A stretch of 64,000 nucleotides of DNA from an uncultured Nitrospinota bacterium (GTDB taxonomy: Bacteria; Tectomicrobia; Entotheonellia; J063; CAVPRW01): the NCBI GenBank assembly GCA_963707985.1, contig CAVPRW010000032.1, positions 1 through 64,000 on the forward strand, given 5' to 3'. Under the pieces are notes generated by a model, which ran no database searches, had not been told where the DNA came from, and saw nothing but the letters and a program-made list of their open reading frames with translations. This document shows, piece after piece, positions 63,951 through 64,000 of this stretch. Within the stretch, counting starts at the first letter, position 1; each line of letters starts with the position of its first letter. A program made the position numbers and the translations under genes.

Positions 63951-64000
63951 ATGTTTCTCCTAGGCTCGGTCGTTTCACATCGTCGGGGAGTCTGGTCGAT

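Noticed and set aside
1..64000. CRISPR arrays, tRNA, rRNA or tmRNA
   Set aside because: No regularly spaced direct repeats or recognisable RNA-gene motifs seen by eye; the attC repeats are separated by whole genes.

Overview
A 64-kb bacterial chromosomal segment, fairly GC-rich by eye. The gene content (four LLM monooxygenases, ABC substrate-binding proteins, a lolCD-clpC-bamA-lpx order) suggests a Tectomicrobia/Rokubacteria/Nitrospirota-like soil lineage; this is inference only. Positions 1-9.2 kb hold a complete integron: intI (+), an attI site and a minus-strand cassette array with four attC sites. The cassettes are a degraded ABC-SBP, a TM protein, a TIR protein and a GT1 glycosyltransferase, followed by a vapBC pair. 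The fourth attC is split at its GTT^AGGC R' box by an IS110-family (IS1111-type) element with 13-bp subterminal IRs and a downstream seek/bridge-RNA-like region that has attC-matching segments. That IS is itself interrupted, exactly inside the TTG^ACA -35 box of its predicted circle-junction promoter, by a 776-nt ORF-less group II intron whose EBS1 loop matches the site. This three-level nesting is the standout finding. The middle of the window has catabolic/redox genes and a core envelope cluster (HNH-lnt-prfB with a programmed frameshift, then lolC/E-lolD-clpC-bamA-skp-lpxD-fabZ-lpxA-lpxI-lpxB-DUF374-waaA). Positions 54-63 kb form a decayed defence island: a DUF433/DUF5615 TA pair, an Avs3a-like STAND ATPase lacking its N-terminal nuclease, and an intact Avs3b-like gene. 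Several single-base frameshifts may be sequencing errors. All family assignments come from motif recognition by eye, not database searches.
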